Of a stretch of DNA of 64,000 nt, positions 39,342 through 50,509 are shown in pieces (position 1 is the first letter of the stretch; each line of letters opens with the position of its first letter). The stretch spans positions 2,758,855 through 2,822,854 of the forward strand of contig JAHRHZ010000108.1 in NCBI GenBank assembly GCA_024137785.1, read 5' to 3'. The stretch is from Ginglymostoma cirratum (Eukaryota). A model generated the notes under the pieces. That model was not told where the DNA came from. It saw only the letters and a list, made by a program, of their open reading frames with translations, and ran no database searches. A program made the translations under genes and the position numbers.

Positions 39342-39380
39342 CACAGTGTGGAAAAGACCGACAGAGTCCGCACAAAAACC
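39342..39380 (+). promoter_or_regulatory. Recombination signal sequence, 23-bp spacer (23-RSS)
   Basis: Heptamer CACAGTG 39342-39348, spacer 39349-39371 (23 nt), nonamer ACAAAAACC 39372-39380; both motifs match consensus perfectly. Confidence 0.97.
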
Positions 39381-40308
39381 TCCTCTGCTATGAGTATTCT
39401 GTATTTTGAGTCAAATAACTGACGACGTTAGTCGAACTTTGGACATGGATGATGGAAATCGGGTGATATTCAATAGCCCTCTTTATGTCTGTCCAGACGA
39501 AACGTTATATCGATCCCGAAGCAAATTAAAACCGGGCTATGTCTAGATTGTCGCCAGTTCGTTACTGGATAATCTGTGCGTACGCCAATTATTAGCAGTT
39601 AACTGGTGTCGTTCCCCAGAACCTGCATTCGGGGCCTTAGGGTTTCACTGGATTTTTAAACGATACAGGAAAACTGCTCGAAGCAGGGAAGAGCATTTCA
39701 GCTACATCAAATATGTACTTAGATGTCATGCTGAGCCTTGTATTCTCTCCGGGGACGTTCCTGGGGAAGTTATGCCCTGACTTTGGAAGCATTATTTAGA
39801 CAAGTAAAGCGGCTCGTTTCATGTGAGTTTATACCGACTCGCATGAAACGAGCTTTTGGTTCAGTCCGTTAACCCATGCATTTGCTGAGATTTTTAAATA
39901 GAACATAGAACAGCACAGCACAGAAACGGACCCCCCGGCCCACGATGTTGTGCTAAACATGACGCCAAATTAAACTAAACCCTTCTGCCTGCCCTTGGTC
40001 CATACCCCTCCATACCTTGCATTTTCATGGGCTTATGTAAAAATTCCTTAAACTTCCTATCGCATCTGCCTCCACCACCGCCCCCTGGCAGTGCTTTCCA
40101 GACTCCTACCACTCCCTGTATTAAAACAAAAACTTGTCTCTCACATCTCCTTTTAACTTCCCCCCTTCATCTTAAATGCGTGCCCCTGCTATTAGAATTA
40201 TTATGGGTACCATGCAATGAAGTGGAAGTTTGGATAGGACGCACGCAGAGTCACTGGTTCTCCGACACGGCAATGCAAAACAATGTGTAAGACAATAAGG
40301 TCATTCAG

Positions 40309-40582
40309 AGATAATAGGAACTGCAGATGCTGGAGAATCTGAGATAACAAGGTGTGGAGCTGGATGAACACAGCAGGCCGAGCAGCATCATAGGAGCAGG
40401 AAAGCTTAGCATCATAGGAGCAGGAAAGCTTAGCTTCATAGGAGCAGGAAAGCTTAGCATCATAGGAGCAGGAAAGCTGAGCATCATAGGATTAGGAAAG
40501 CTTAGCTTCATAGGAGCAGGAAAGCTTAGCTATGATGCTGCTTGGCCTGCTGTGTTCATCCAACTCCACACCTTGTTACCTC
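40309..40582 (-). mobile_element. Hairpin mini-PLE family A with internal 6x 24-bp tandem repeat
   Basis: TSD AAGGTCATTCAG (40297-40308 / 40583-40594); six AGCATCATAGGAGCAGGAAAGCTT-type units at 40384-40527. Confidence 0.9.
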
Positions 40583-41945
40583 AAGGTCATTCAGCCATTA
40601 TCTCTCTTTGGGAGGAAGACTTGTGAACATCTCGAATTATTTCGCCAGCAGAGACTGTGGTGGTATTATATCACTCCACTTGTCAATGTCAATATCAGTA
40701 GATAATTTTCATTTGTAACTTTGCAGGGTATTACTAAACAGAGTAATGGTTAGAATGCGAAGCATATGTATCACGATCAGGTCCATCAACTCATTTTGAA
40801 ATTTCAAATCACCAGAACATTTACAGGTAGTTTGGAAAGAGTTACAACCTAATATTGCTCACAACTGAATGAGAAATCTTCCTCATTTTATTCTGTAAAG
40901 TGTGATTTGGTTGTGTCATGACGAGTAGTAGCAGTCCATTAGGGAGTTCTTACGATGGACAAGATGTGAAGTCATGCTATCAACTGCTGTTCAGTTGAGA
41001 TTCTGATAGAAATAACCCATAGATAGAGCGTTTCCGTTTCTCTGAAATGGTCATGACTCTTTGGAACCTTCCTGAATAACATGGTTAAAGCAGTGTTCTT
41101 GAATATGTTAAAGAAAGAGAGAGACGTATTCTTGATACGGAGGTGTTGAGTTTTATCGGGATTGAAGAGAATGTGGATAATCAGACCATCCATTATTTAT
41201 TAAATTTTGGAGAAGGCTCAACCAGCCAGGTGGCGAACTTCTGCTCCAATTGGAATGTCTGTATGCATGAAAGACAGTAGCCGCATTGAACTGAACAAAA
41301 AATTCCGTTGAAAGTAATCCTACTAAATCGAAACCTGTCAACTCGAAAAATAAGTAAGCAGGACCAGACATGTACACAGGCGTTTAGCTGCTCTGTGGTA
41401 GATTGATCATCGCTGAATGTGCTCGTTCTGAACTGATTAAGACCACACTGAATGTAATCGACCCAAACTGCGCGTTAAAAACAGAATGGACCTTACCGAA
41501 GGCCAGGCAGCATCAGAGAGGAGCAGGAAAACTGACGTTTCGAGAAGGGGTCCCGGCCCGAAACGTCAGCTTTCCTGCTCCTCTGATGCTGCCTGGCCTG
41601 CTGTGTTCATCCAGCTCCACACTGTGTTACCTCCAGCCCAGTCCCCCATTCCCACACATTGGTTGGACTATGACCTGGCGTCGTGTGACGTCTTGACTCT
41701 GACCGAATATTGATATGGAGTGATAAGTTGACTGCATTTTCTGTGGGGAGGAAAGAATCAGAGGCAAACTTTGGCCTGAAATTATACCCGTAGTTTAAAT
41801 ATGACCGGGATCAGTCTTCAGTCTGTGTGTATTTCACATCAGAGCCAGGTGAAACGTGTGATTTTTGTCAAAATACAAATGTCATCTGAGCAACAGCTGC
41901 AATACTGTTTGCTACAATCAAAATAATGTACAACATTGAACAAAG

Positions 41946-42030
41946 AAATTATCTCCCTGGAGCACAGAGCCACATATAAATATTATCTTCCTTCAGTGAA
42001 ATGCAGAGCCGATCCGAGCTTCTAATAGAG
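41946..42030 (+). promoter_or_regulatory. TATA-containing proximal promoter/5'UTR of GPCR paralog 2
   Basis: TATAAA at 41975, 56 nt before the ATG; same conserved blocks as paralog 1. Confidence 0.6.
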
Positions 42031-42100
42031 ATGCACGCAATACTGACAGGTCCAGTGTTCAATGTTTATTATCCTGTCCTTGCAGCAATCGGAGTTCCTG
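42031..42100 (+). CDS. GPR139/GPR142-like class A GPCR, paralog 2, coding exon 1 (MHAILTGPVFNVYYPVLAAIGVP-)
   Basis: Homologous to 16650-16719 and the same length (70 nt). Phase-1 donor CCTG|GTAAAT. Absent from the ORF track. Confidence 0.88.
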
Positions 42101-44989
42101 GTAAATCATTGTAGTTAGTTTGTAGCTGCATGAAAAACGGGTCGGACAAATTAATTCTCTCACTTTACCAGGAGCGGTGCTACCGTTGCAAGTATCTTTC
42201 CTCCCATTTACTGGATTCGTATTTCAAACATCAACAGTATAAGATACTTTGTTGAACTAATGCTATTTCTCCTCTTACAGGATGGTTTTATTTTCAACGT
42301 TTTTGGTATGAATCATTATTTTGTGATTTCTTCAGTTTGTTGACGTAGGTTAGTGGTATCAGTGCTCTGTCTTCTCCCCGTTATCAAAATATGTCTTACA
42401 GTTCATTCGTGGCTGAGCAAGCATTTTATGTCCATAGTTAGTTGCCCTTGACAAGGTGGGTACAAACTGGCTTCTTGAACCACTGCAACACATTTGCTGT
42501 AGGTAGATCGACAGTGATGTACGAAAGGGAGTTCTGGGGCTTTGACAGAGTAGCAATGAAGGAAAGTTGATATAATGGCTTGCAGAAGAACTGGGTGGCG
42601 GTATTCCCTTGTCCTCCTTCCTAGCATTTGTCGTGGGTTTGGAAGGAGCTGTCTAAGGAACCTCAGTAAATTTCTGCAGTGCATCTTGTAGATGGTACGT
42701 ACTGCTGACGCTGCACTTTGGTTGGAGACCTACTGAATGTTTGTGGATCTGGCGCCTGTCAGGAAATCTTCATTATTTGTGGATGGTGCCAAGCTTCTTG
42801 AATGTTTTTGGGGCTGTACATTTCCGGGCTAATAGTCAGTCCTCCATAACACCCCTGACCTGTGACTTGTAAGTGTTGAAAGGGTTTTTGAACAGTCAGG
42901 AGGTTGGTTATTCGTTGAATGATTCCAAAGCTCTTATGTGCTATTCTAGCTACAGCATTACTCTGCTAGTCTAGGTCACTCGTCTTCAACGCAGAGTCTT
43001 GAGATAGTGGATCTATCTGGAGTCCATCCCTTTTGGCACAATGATAGCACTAACTTAGTGCAGTGGATGGCATTTTGAATATAACTACCAGACTTAATCG
43101 CTGTGCCATTGTCATTCCTACCCACACTGTTATGGAGAGATGTATACACAATAGGCAGATTGGTGAGAAGAGATCAAATATGTTTCGCCCTCCTATTAGT
43201 TCCCTCCCAACTTGCTGCACGCCCAGTTAAACAGCTATGTCATTTAGGATTCGACCAGCTCGGATGCTTTCGATCCACTCTTGGTGATGGATCTCAAAGT
43301 TCTTCACCCAAAGTACATTCCATGCTCTTGCCATGCTCAGTGCTCTGCCCAAGTGGTGCTCAGCATGGAGAAGTACTGATTCTAAAACCAACAGGTGGAA
43401 GGTGGATGGATGTGTTCTTCAGCAGTAAATTTCAATGCCCGGGTTACACCTGATGCACTGAAATGTCACGGGGTCTCCAATTAATGTTGATGACTCTCAG
43501 GGCAACTCTCTCCTAACTGTTTACTGCCCTGCTACCATTTCTGTATCTTGCCTTGCCAGCAGAACAGTGCATAACCAGGGAAGGATAATGGTGCAGTCTG
43601 AGACATTGACTATAAGTTATGGTTCCTTGATTATAACTATGGAAAGTCACTGATGAATAGTCCGTGAGACAGATCTCCAACCTTTGGCATTATCAACTAA
43701 ATTTGCTTAAAAGGACCTTGCAGGGAAAAGTCATTTAAGAGCCAACGATATTACATTCGATCTGGAGTTATGTGGAGGTCAGACCAGGTAAGGTCTGCAG
43801 TTTTCCTTCCCTGAAGGACATTAATGAAACAAGCATCTGTGTTGTTCACTTTCCTTTCTGACAATTGTTCAGTGGTCTCATTTGACTTTTAATTCCAGAT
43901 CCTTATGAAATTCTTGTTTGGCCATCTGCCATGGTGGGATCTGAACCTGTGTGTGCAGAATATTACCTGCAACTCTGGATTAATTTTCTACTGACAATAC
44001 CACAAATGCACCCCTTTTTACAACATTGTTTTTCATGTGATCTCAAGTACTTGTCAACTTTATGGCATACAAGATTCATTAACCAGGTTCTATTTTATCA
44101 CCTAATTATATAATTTCTCCTAGTTACTGGTATCACCGCAGAACATCAGTGTATTTCTGATGCATTATTTGCAGAATACTGTGGGTAAATTAATTTTTAT
44201 TTATCACAGTGCTAAATGCGTTCCAGATTTTAGTTTGGAAACATTGATGGATGACTTTGAAGTAGTCATTACATTGCAAGTGTTGTTTGATTATGGGTTT
44301 GACACTTGTTCTCTCATGAATTCTCACACCTCTATCTTGCTATAAATCAAGGTCTATTGTCTTGTAAGTGTGAATGAATTATCACATTTCATTCATAATG
44401 TACATTTATTGCATTATCTATTTTGTTTGCCATTGAATACTTCAATCAATATTGATTTGCAGACCTAAACCATTCACTAATTCCCGACTACATTTAATTA
44501 CTGAACTTTGTGAAATAGGTTCTTGGGCAGCCATCTATTGGCAGGCATTTCAGGAATGCAACTGTGGCCATTTGTGAAAATGATCACGATTGTTCCAAAC
44601 TCAAAGAGCATGGTGTTTCTCTTGTCAGTATATAGCATTCAGTTGCTTTATTCTGCCTGTCCACTTTTGGGTTCACTGACACTCATTGGTCTATATTCAC
44701 AACCACTGAATTAGGAAATTTCTTCTGTTCTAACCAGCTGGCAAAGCCTCAGACCATTCGAATGATGAATATGATTACCTCATGGAGTGAAGATAATTTG
44801 CACCAGCAACACATTTTAATCTCTCTCAGTATTTATTTTCATCAAATGTGGAAGCTTCTGATTTTCAATTATCCACAACCTGAGAAACATGATCATTGGT
44901 GCTTCTAGTGGAATATGGTACATATGAAGTGCTGCAATTTATGAGACACATTCTCCTAATCTGACTCACTCAGTTGCAATATCTACAAG

Positions 44990-45590
44990 GTATACAATGT
45001 AACTGTGGCAGGCGGAGGGGTGAGCGATGCTGGAACTGTATGAAACACTGGTATGTTCACATCTAGAGTACTGAATGCAGTTTGGAATCAATGTTATAGG
45101 AGGGATGTGATTACACTGAAAGAGGTGTAAAGAAGATTTGCCAGGATGCTGCCTGTGCTGGAGTTTTAATTATGAAGGGAGATTGGACATATGGGGTTGC
45201 TTTTCTTCAATTAGAGGACAAGATTGAAATGTATACAATCACGAGGGCATAGACAGGGTAAGTAGGAAAAAATTTTTCCCCTTGGTGGAGAGATAAATGA
45301 CCAATGGGTTGGTGGTATAGATTTAGAACAAGGAGATTTAGAGTGATCTGAATATTTTCATTCATTTGGTTGGCGGTTGGAATTTGGATCTCACTTCCTG
45401 TCACGGTGGTAGAGGCAGAATGTCTCATAAACATATAAGAAGTATTTAGATGTACACTTGTGATGCCAGGGCATAAAAGGCTGTGAGTGAAGTACTGGAA
45501 AATGTGATTGTTTATGACTAGTCCAAAATCAATGGGTGAGGGACCCTTTTTTTGTTCTATAGACCTCAATAGCTCTATAACTCGACAATG
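44990..45590 (+). mobile_element. Old CR1 3' fragment in the GPCR2 intron
   Basis: LELYETLV..HLEY...RRFARMLP remnants. Confidence 0.7.
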
Positions 45591-46185
45591 AAATGCTGTT
45601 GCATGGTCATGTGAAGAGTCTAGTCTCACCATTGCATTCCACAAAAGGAAAATTGCTTTGGCAATGTCCACAAACTAATCTTCCAGGTCCTCTCTCTACT
45701 GACAAATGTCTTGTAATTTTTGAGCCAGTTGACTATCTATTGCTTGAAATGTGTAATTGATTATTGAAAGTATCAATTTAGATTGGGTTATCAGATATAA
45801 CTGTTTCCCTGTTAATTTCAATGCTTATGATTAGTTTGTTACTTATCCCATTTAATGTCTACTTCATTGTTGTGCTATTTTATTCCCATTTGAAATGTGC
45901 CCATTTCTTCTTTTCTGTCCTTGTGAATCCCATTTTATTATGCTATCTAAATAGCCCAGCTTATTTATAAAATGAATGAACGTTTAAAATGGAAAACCAA
46001 TTTAATCAATTGTAATGGATCATTTATGGCTTGTAATTAAATCTCAAACATTGAAGTTACACCAGAATTCTGTTGCATCTATAACTAAATTACAGGTAGA
46101 AGAAATAATTTGCCTGAATTCACTGTGGCCTTACTAACAGATTTGCTTCGTATCCTCTCTCCCTTTCTCTTTCCCTCTACGACAG

Positions 46186-47096
46186 CCAACTTGGTGGTGA
46201 TTGTGATCCTGTCACAAAGAAGATGTGGTCTCTCTAGATGCATCAATTGTTATCTGGTGTCCATCGCGGCGGCAGACCTCTTGGTAGTGGTTACGGTTGT
46301 AATACTAAACAGGACTGCTGGAATTTATTTTCCATTCAGTTTCCTATCTATCACACCAATGTGCAGTCTACGTTCTGCCTTAAATTATGCAGCCCTTGAC
46401 GCTACTGCCTGGTTAACAGTTGCTTTCACATTTGACCGATTTGTGGCCATTTCTTGCCAGAAGTTAAAAATAACATATTGCACTGAGAAGATGGCAGCAT
46501 GGATCATAGGAATTATCTCTGCTGTGGCCTGTGTAAAAAATGCCTTCTTGTATTTTCAATATGAACCGATGTACATGATTAACAACACACCCTGGTTCTG
46601 CAGCATAAAAATAATTGTTTATACATCACCTGCGTGGGCTGCAAATGACTGGATTGCATTTATTTTGACACCTCTACTTCCATTTATTCTGATTATACTT
46701 CTCAATGCTCTGACAGTCAGCCACATTCTAGTGGCCAATAGGTCCCGTGAGAGAATCCGGTCCTGGAGCAATGCAGAGAGTCAGAGTGATCCAGAGATGG
46801 TGAAGCGGAGGAATTCCATTCTCTTACTCTTCACTATCTCGGGTAGTTTTGTCCTGTTTTATTTGTTATGTTTTATATGGGTCCCATATGTCCGATTTGC
46901 AAATGTCATTTACACTTCAGTTTCCAATTTCAGCAATTCTACATTTATCATTCAAGAAACTGGATTTATGCTTCAGTTATTAAATTCCTGCATCAACCCC
47001 TTCATTTATGCTGGCACCCAGAGTAAATTCAGAACCGAGTTACGAAATGGGTTGAAATATCCAATGAACCTCTTCATTAAAGCATTTAAAATATGA
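46186..47096 (+). CDS. GPR139/GPR142-like class A GPCR, paralog 2, coding exon 2
   Basis: Pyrimidine tract then GACAG acceptor at 46185; G+CC=Ala, then NLVVIVILS. IAAADLL, DRF and CINPFIY motifs present. Same 911-nt length as paralog 1; 326 aa in total. Confidence 0.93.
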
Positions 47097-49417
47097 AACG
47101 TAGCATCATTTAACATGACATTTATATTGTCATACGTCCTTTTCCATCTCATGTCACACATAGATCTCTTTCACTCGATATTCTATTTCATGTGACAATT
47201 TAAAAACAAATAAGGAACTCTGCATTAAAACATAAATCAAAACCTATTCTCATTTAGTTTCTAGCACTACTGAATTTTGTTTACTTTCATCTAAGGCCTT
47301 TTCTATGAGTTCAAGGATGCAAATTGTGTGGGGTGAGAAAGGAGTAATCATTGGGAGTCACTGAAAAGGATAAAAGTAATTGTACATTCTTATTTCCTGA
47401 CACAAGACAGACTCCTGGAATAGTACATGACCTGGATGGCCTATACCATGATACACAGCTATGTACATTCCCTTGGTGCTGAACTGCATTTGCAGCCGTG
47501 ATGATGCCTCTAGAGGTATGTCATCATTCTCATGTGGCTATTCTCCCATAATTCCAACAGTTTTCCAAAGGAATGGCCATAGGTTTCGTGGTCCTTTCAA
47601 GCTGTTCAAGTCAGTCTATGCTGCTCTCGTTGGATTCTAACACTGTTACACTCCCATTGTGAAAACAACGAACAACGTGAGTGGATTCACTTGGGTGGAA
47701 GGTGCGGTGAAAGTTTCGTAGCTCACCCCAAGAGCGGTATCTCCTCATCATATATGGATAGACAGTTTAATCATTTTACTGATCTTGTTCGTCTCCTGAA
47801 GATGGTGAGCAGAGTAATACAACACAAGGCAGAACCGTCAATAGCTCCATAGATGATGGACGGTGTGTACACTTTCAGATTGCTATTCTAACTACTCAAC
47901 ACTTGGAGGCTTGTCTAACCCAAGATGCACACATGAACACCGTGTTCCGAGCTACAGAGAGTGCCACCCTATCCTATCCATTACACTATTTACTTTCTGG
48001 GTCCTCAGCACTGGTCTGACCATGTGATTTTGCTTACCATACCTACCCACATTAGAACACAGCAATAACATTCAGATTTTTTTTAACTACAAGTTGTTTG
48101 ATGACTGATTAATTCTGTGAGTCTTTTATGAAGGGAAGAAGGATTGAAAATTTTTAATTTATTAGCATTCTAAAATTCTACAGACTTACAAGCATTCGTC
48201 AAGTCAGAGAATGATGTTGAAAGAAAGAATTATAGTCTATTTATGATTCTTATGATGTTATTTAGACATCAATTAATTTTGTATATTCCCTCCAAATACT
48301 TTGGAAGTCAGAGGAAATTCAGAAAATAGTTATCAAATGGGGTGGATTATCGATTGAGAGTAATTGTTAAAATTATTTAAACTTTGAAAATAGGGACATC
48401 TAACATAGACTGTATGTTATATCCGAAAATGAATTCTACAAGATAGTCCCAGTTTCCCTCCTTATTAAATACAAAACTTTGCTACCAGGATACATTCTGT
48501 TTTTTAAAAATGTTCTTACCCAGTTCTTTAATTAACTTGCATAAAATTAATATGACTCAAATCCCTTCTGCCCAATCTTTAAATAGCTCAAAGGTAACTT
48601 TCAGATCTCCTGCTTCTTTGCTTAGGTCTGGTGGCATCACAATAGAAGTCGCTGGACACCAGCTTACAATGTGGAAGCAGTGCATAATCAGTCATGCAGG
48701 AATGAGTTACCTCAAAAGAAATATTTTTTCAGTTCACATGATAAGAACATCACTTTTGCCATTCTGAATCTGATTACTGTCTCTCCAATGTACGGGATGC
48801 ATTCAAATCCTGAACAAACTGTTCCAATTTTGCAAAGCTTTGTGATCTGGTTGTTCTTGTTCATGATTTGCAAGAGTCAGGAGTAAATAGTGAACAATGA
48901 TTTATTCTGACTCCATGGTTGGAGCTCAATTTGTGCTTTGGTACACACGAGCACTATGTTTAATGCTGCTTTCTTCGCATTTCCTTGAAGGCTCCATGCC
49001 CTTCTCAGTATTAATGATCATCGCCTCTGACTCCAAGACTCGCTGTTCTTCGTCCATAGTCATGAGGATGGTCATATATGACACAGAACCAGCAGTTCCT
49101 GTTTTCCCTTGTGTGTGAAGTAGATTGTCCTGTAAGCATAGAATATTATGTTATTTTATGAGCACAAAAGACACGTCAAATGTGTACGACATTGACAGTT
49201 GAGCTGTGCATCATGATGCCTCAGGTATGGTTCCAACATGTAATCATTCAGAACTGACTGCAGAGGAATCACGGCTGCCTTACCAGTTTATGGCACATAG
49301 ACATTCCTGCTCTCCTAACAGCTAAGCTTATGTGAAGGAACATCTTCTTCATTCTTTTTAAACACATCCAGCTTAATATTGCCATGTGCAGTCATCTTCT
49401 GCATTGTTTTATTATTG

Positions 49418-49770
49418 ATTCATTTACAGGATGAGGGCATGGCTGGCCAGGCAGCATTTATTACCCATCCCTAATTGCCTAGAGGGCAGTTAAGAGTCAG
49501 CCACGTTGCTGTGGGTCTGGAGTCACATGTAGGCCAGACCAGGTAAGGATGGCAGTTTCCTTCCCTAAAGTACATTAGTGAACCAGATGGGTTTTTCCTG
49601 ACAATTAACAATGGATTTACAGTCATCATTAGATTCTTAATTCCAGATTTTTTATTGAATTCAATTCCACCATATGCTGTGGCAGGATTCGAACTTGAGT
49701 CCCCAGAATATGATCTGGGTCTCTGGATTAACAGGCCAGCAATAATACCACTAGGCCATCGCCTCCCCCG
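49418..49770 (-). mobile_element. Second tRNA-derived SINE family with an L2/CR1-like 3' tail; other copies at 3718-4062(-), 7489-7838(-), 23585-23920(-), 43730-44012(-), 38570-38805(+)
   Basis: Head GGCGATGGCCTAGTGG..., shared body CCAGACCCACAGCAA.GTGG.TGACTCTTAACTGCCC, tail shared with the LINE at 12797. Confidence 0.82.
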
Positions 49771-50509
49771 GAGGTAAACATTACTGATCATTTTCCAGCA
49801 CTGCAGATAAAAACGTGACTGTACCACGAAAAACAATGGCACACCAAGGCTTTAGTTTGAAGGAAGAGTGCCATAGGAAAGAAAAGACAGTTTAGGCATT
49901 TTTACATAGAACATAGAAGAGTACGGCACAGGAACAGGTCCTTCGGTATACGACGTTGTGCCAAACATGACGCCAAATTAAACTAATCCCTTCTGCCTGC
50001 TCTTGGTCCATACCCCTCCATTCTTCTGGCAGCGCGTTCCAGATGCCTATCACAGGCATGCCCCTCACAGCTCCTTTGAACTTGCCCTCCTCTCACCTTA
50101 TATGCACGCCCCTTGTACGAGACAATTTAATTCTGGGAAAAAGATTTATCAAGCAGAAAAATTTGGAAAAAAATGCTTTCTCATTTTACAATGGTTTAGG
50201 CAGATAAAATGTATCTTCAGGCTGAAGGCAGAGTACTGAAGTCTGTGTTTAAGATTAAATTCAATACAATTTAAGGTCACATTGTTTTGGAATATTTCCT
50301 ATTTCATCATTGCATACAATTTTGACTGTTTCTGAAATTAACGTGAATGAATATTAATGTTATTATTAAACCAAAATAGACCAAGCTTCTGGAAGAAGAT
50401 TGATTGGCTTTTTGTCATTAAAATTAATCTGGGAAATCAGGACTTGACACTATAGATGAATTGATGTATCATTACCTTCAGACAAAAATGAATGCGAACA
50501 CCCTTTTAT

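Larger units (their letters stand above)
28051..41633. repeat. Further dispersed family A mini-PLE copies (range brackets the copies; not continuous): 28051-28143(-), 31316-31445(-), 33213-33306(-), 34123-34244(-), 35604-35690(+), 36257-36353(-), 38138-38265(+), 41500-41633 (hairpin); also 59137-59276 and 63672-63768
   Basis: All share GAGATAAC..GTGTGGAGCTGGATGAACACAGCAGGCC..GCAGCATC or its reverse complement; the 35604 copy is more diverged. Confidence 0.8.

Noticed and set aside
40305-40626. ORFs with (SIIGAGKL)n or (MLSFPAPM)n repeats; possible CRISPR-like array
   Set aside because: These are translations of the non-coding 24-bp tandem repeat inside a mini-PLE; there are no unique spacers and the context is eukaryotic.
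46110-46185. N-terminal extension MPEFTVALL... of the 328-aa ORF
   Set aside because: It is intron sequence with the polypyrimidine tract; the real N-terminus is the exon at 42031-42100, by homology with paralog 1.
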